Below the pieces are notes generated by a model. That model was given only the letters and a program-made list of their open reading frames with translations. It was not told the origin of the DNA and did no database searches. A DNA stretch of 64,000 nt from Campylobacterota bacterium. GTDB taxonomy: Bacteria; Babelota; Babeliae; Babelales; RVW-14. This document shows positions 62,899-64,000 of this stretch, in pieces. The DNA is taken from positions 310,243 to 374,242 of the forward strand of contig JACKCO010000004.1 in assembly GCA_020633995.1 (NCBI GenBank), given 5' to 3'. The position numbers were made by a program, and so were the translations under genes. Within the stretch, counting starts at the first letter, position 1. Each line of letters starts with the position of its first letter.

Positions 62899-63426
62899 TT
62901 AACCTTTTTTTGCACCTACTCGTTCTTTAATCCACTTACAAGTGTCAGCGCCTGTGTTGTACGTTTTTGTCCAGAAGTCGGCTATACTTGACAAGGTGCT
63001 GCGTGAAAGTGTTGCCATGTTGTCTGTTTCGATTGCTAGGTCGCGTATAGTTCTTTTTGTAAAGTTTATTGGTGGTTCATAAAATGGCGAGTTGTTGTTT
63101 TTTTTATGAGCCTGTTGCATCGCTCCCCATGTGCTTGCTGTAAAATAAGCAAGAAATGGCATTGTCATGGCTAGGCATGCGAAGTGATACGCTTTTCTTT
63201 TTAAGCCGTTTTCGTTTTTAAGTGGTTTTGAAAAAAACGCTTTGGTACTACGATAAAAGCTCAAGCTAGTTAAGAAAGAAAAGATAGCAAATTTTTGTGC
63301 AGCTTGATGTGCAGTTTCTTTCCTTTCCGTGCGAACATTTTCACCCTCATCAGAGGAAAACCAGCCAGCATGAGTTTGGTTGGTAGCAGCGACAAGCATG
63401 AGTGAGAGTAGAATATATTTTTTCAT
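62899..63426 (-). CDS. Small hypothetical membrane/secreted protein, paralog B
   Basis: 175 aa. Signal peptide MKKYILLSLMLVAATNQTHA. A central hydrophobic segment plus a QQAH/RQAH motif, as in paralog A. Confidence 0.5.
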   Translation of the reverse strand: MKKYILLSLMLVAATNQTHAGWFSSDEGENVRTERKETAHQAAQKFAIFSFLTSLSFYRSTKAFFSKPLKNENGLKRKAYHFACLAMTMPFLAYFTASTWGAMQQAHKKNNNSPFYEPPINFTKRTIRDLAIETDNMATLSRSTLSSIADFWTKTYNTGADTCKWIKERVGAKKG

Positions 63427-63511
63427 GATACCTCCATTTTGAAAAACTATATAAATGTTATTTGTAATTTAGTATTACATGGTACTATTTTCACATAGTA
63501 TCTTATTTTTG

Positions 63512-64000
63512 TCAAATGCTCTGCTGGAGCTGCTTTTTGAGTTTCCATAGTTGATCGAAAGCCTGTTTGGGGCTTAATTCATCTAAATCAAGTGATTGCA
63601 GGGACTCAAGAGCAGGGTGATATGTTTGATTGGTGCTACTGGCAGGTGTTATTTGTGTCTTTGATGCGTCTTGGCTTGCCAGGGAGGAGGTATTGAGCAG
63701 GTGTAGAACTTCGTGTGCTCGAGCAATGACTGCATCGGGCAAATGGGCAAGTTTTGCAACATCGAGTCCAAAGCTGCCCCTGGCAATACCGGGAATGATG
63801 GTGTGCAAAAAATTAAGGTGTTGGCCCTGTTTGTGACACGCCATGTGGTAGTTGGCGATGTGCGGCTTATGTTGTGCCAATGTGGTCAGCTCATGGTAGT
63901 GGGTAGCAAATAGGCAGCGGGCATTAATGGTGTCGGCGATATACTCTAAAATGGCCTGAGCCAGGGCAATACCGTCAAAGGTGCTGGTGCCCCGTCCAAC
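63512..64000 (-). CDS. mutS: DNA mismatch repair protein MutS, C-terminal part (5' end outside the window)
   Basis: My translation upstream of the track ORF reads VGRGTSTFDGIALAQAILEYI..LFATHYHELT in frame to position 64000. This is the MutS ATPase domain V signature. Confidence 0.9.
   Translation of the reverse strand, partial: VGRGTSTFDGIALAQAILEYIADTINARCLFATHYHELTTLAQHKPHIANYHMACHKQGQHLNFLHTIIPGIARGSFGLDVAKLAHLPDAVIARAHEVLHLLNTSSLASQDASKTQITPASSTNQTYHPALESLQSLDLDELSPKQAFDQLWKLKKQLQQSI

Noticed and set aside
1-64000. I searched for tRNA, rRNA, RNase P, SRP RNA and riboswitch signatures.
   Set aside because: I found no T-loop (GGTTCGAWTCC-like) or other hallmark motifs by eye. A covariance-model scan (tRNAscan-SE or Infernal) would be needed to be certain.

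Overview
This 64-kb chromosomal segment comes from a diderm (Gram-negative-type) bacterium. The gene content looks host-associated, but I cannot assign a taxon from sequence alone. About half the window is conserved housekeeping genes: dnaE, the tsf-pyrH-frr operon, rpmF-plsX, gltX, fabD-fabG, acpP-fabF, uppP, ftsK, murF, trpS, a Xer-type recombinase, nth, and the 3' end of mutS. The rest is accessory. It includes an SbtA-like permease with two tandem SbtB/P-II-like genes. Three small ankyrin-like proteins with signal-peptide-like N-termini lie in tandem. A minus-strand envelope island (32.0-42.4 kb) holds a lipoprotein, a 1247-aa Ala-rich protein with a poly-Gly tract, two paralogous beta-barrel OMPs with Cys-rich inserts, and a secreted Arg-rich protein. 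Two clusters of secreted paralogs (1-2764 and 54236-58476) share a C-terminal LKLKM helix motif. Three AAA-ATPase/PD-(D/E)XK-nuclease fusion genes are present. A YafQ-type toxin-antitoxin cassette sits between 54-nt direct repeats. Two tandem GIY-YIG nuclease genes are also present. The most unusual feature is non-coding. At least 13 intergenic clusters are built from one superfamily of short hairpin modules with a constant stem base (GTCAYCC...GGRTC) and a covarying stem top. These modules are often nested inside each other's loops, and some are assembled into MITE-like units. Their modules are physically tied to the GIY-YIG genes, which suggests an undescribed nuclease-associated repeat or mobile system. 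I found no rRNA genes, tRNA genes or CRISPR arrays. All functional calls rest on motifs I recognised by eye in the ORF translations. No database search was run.
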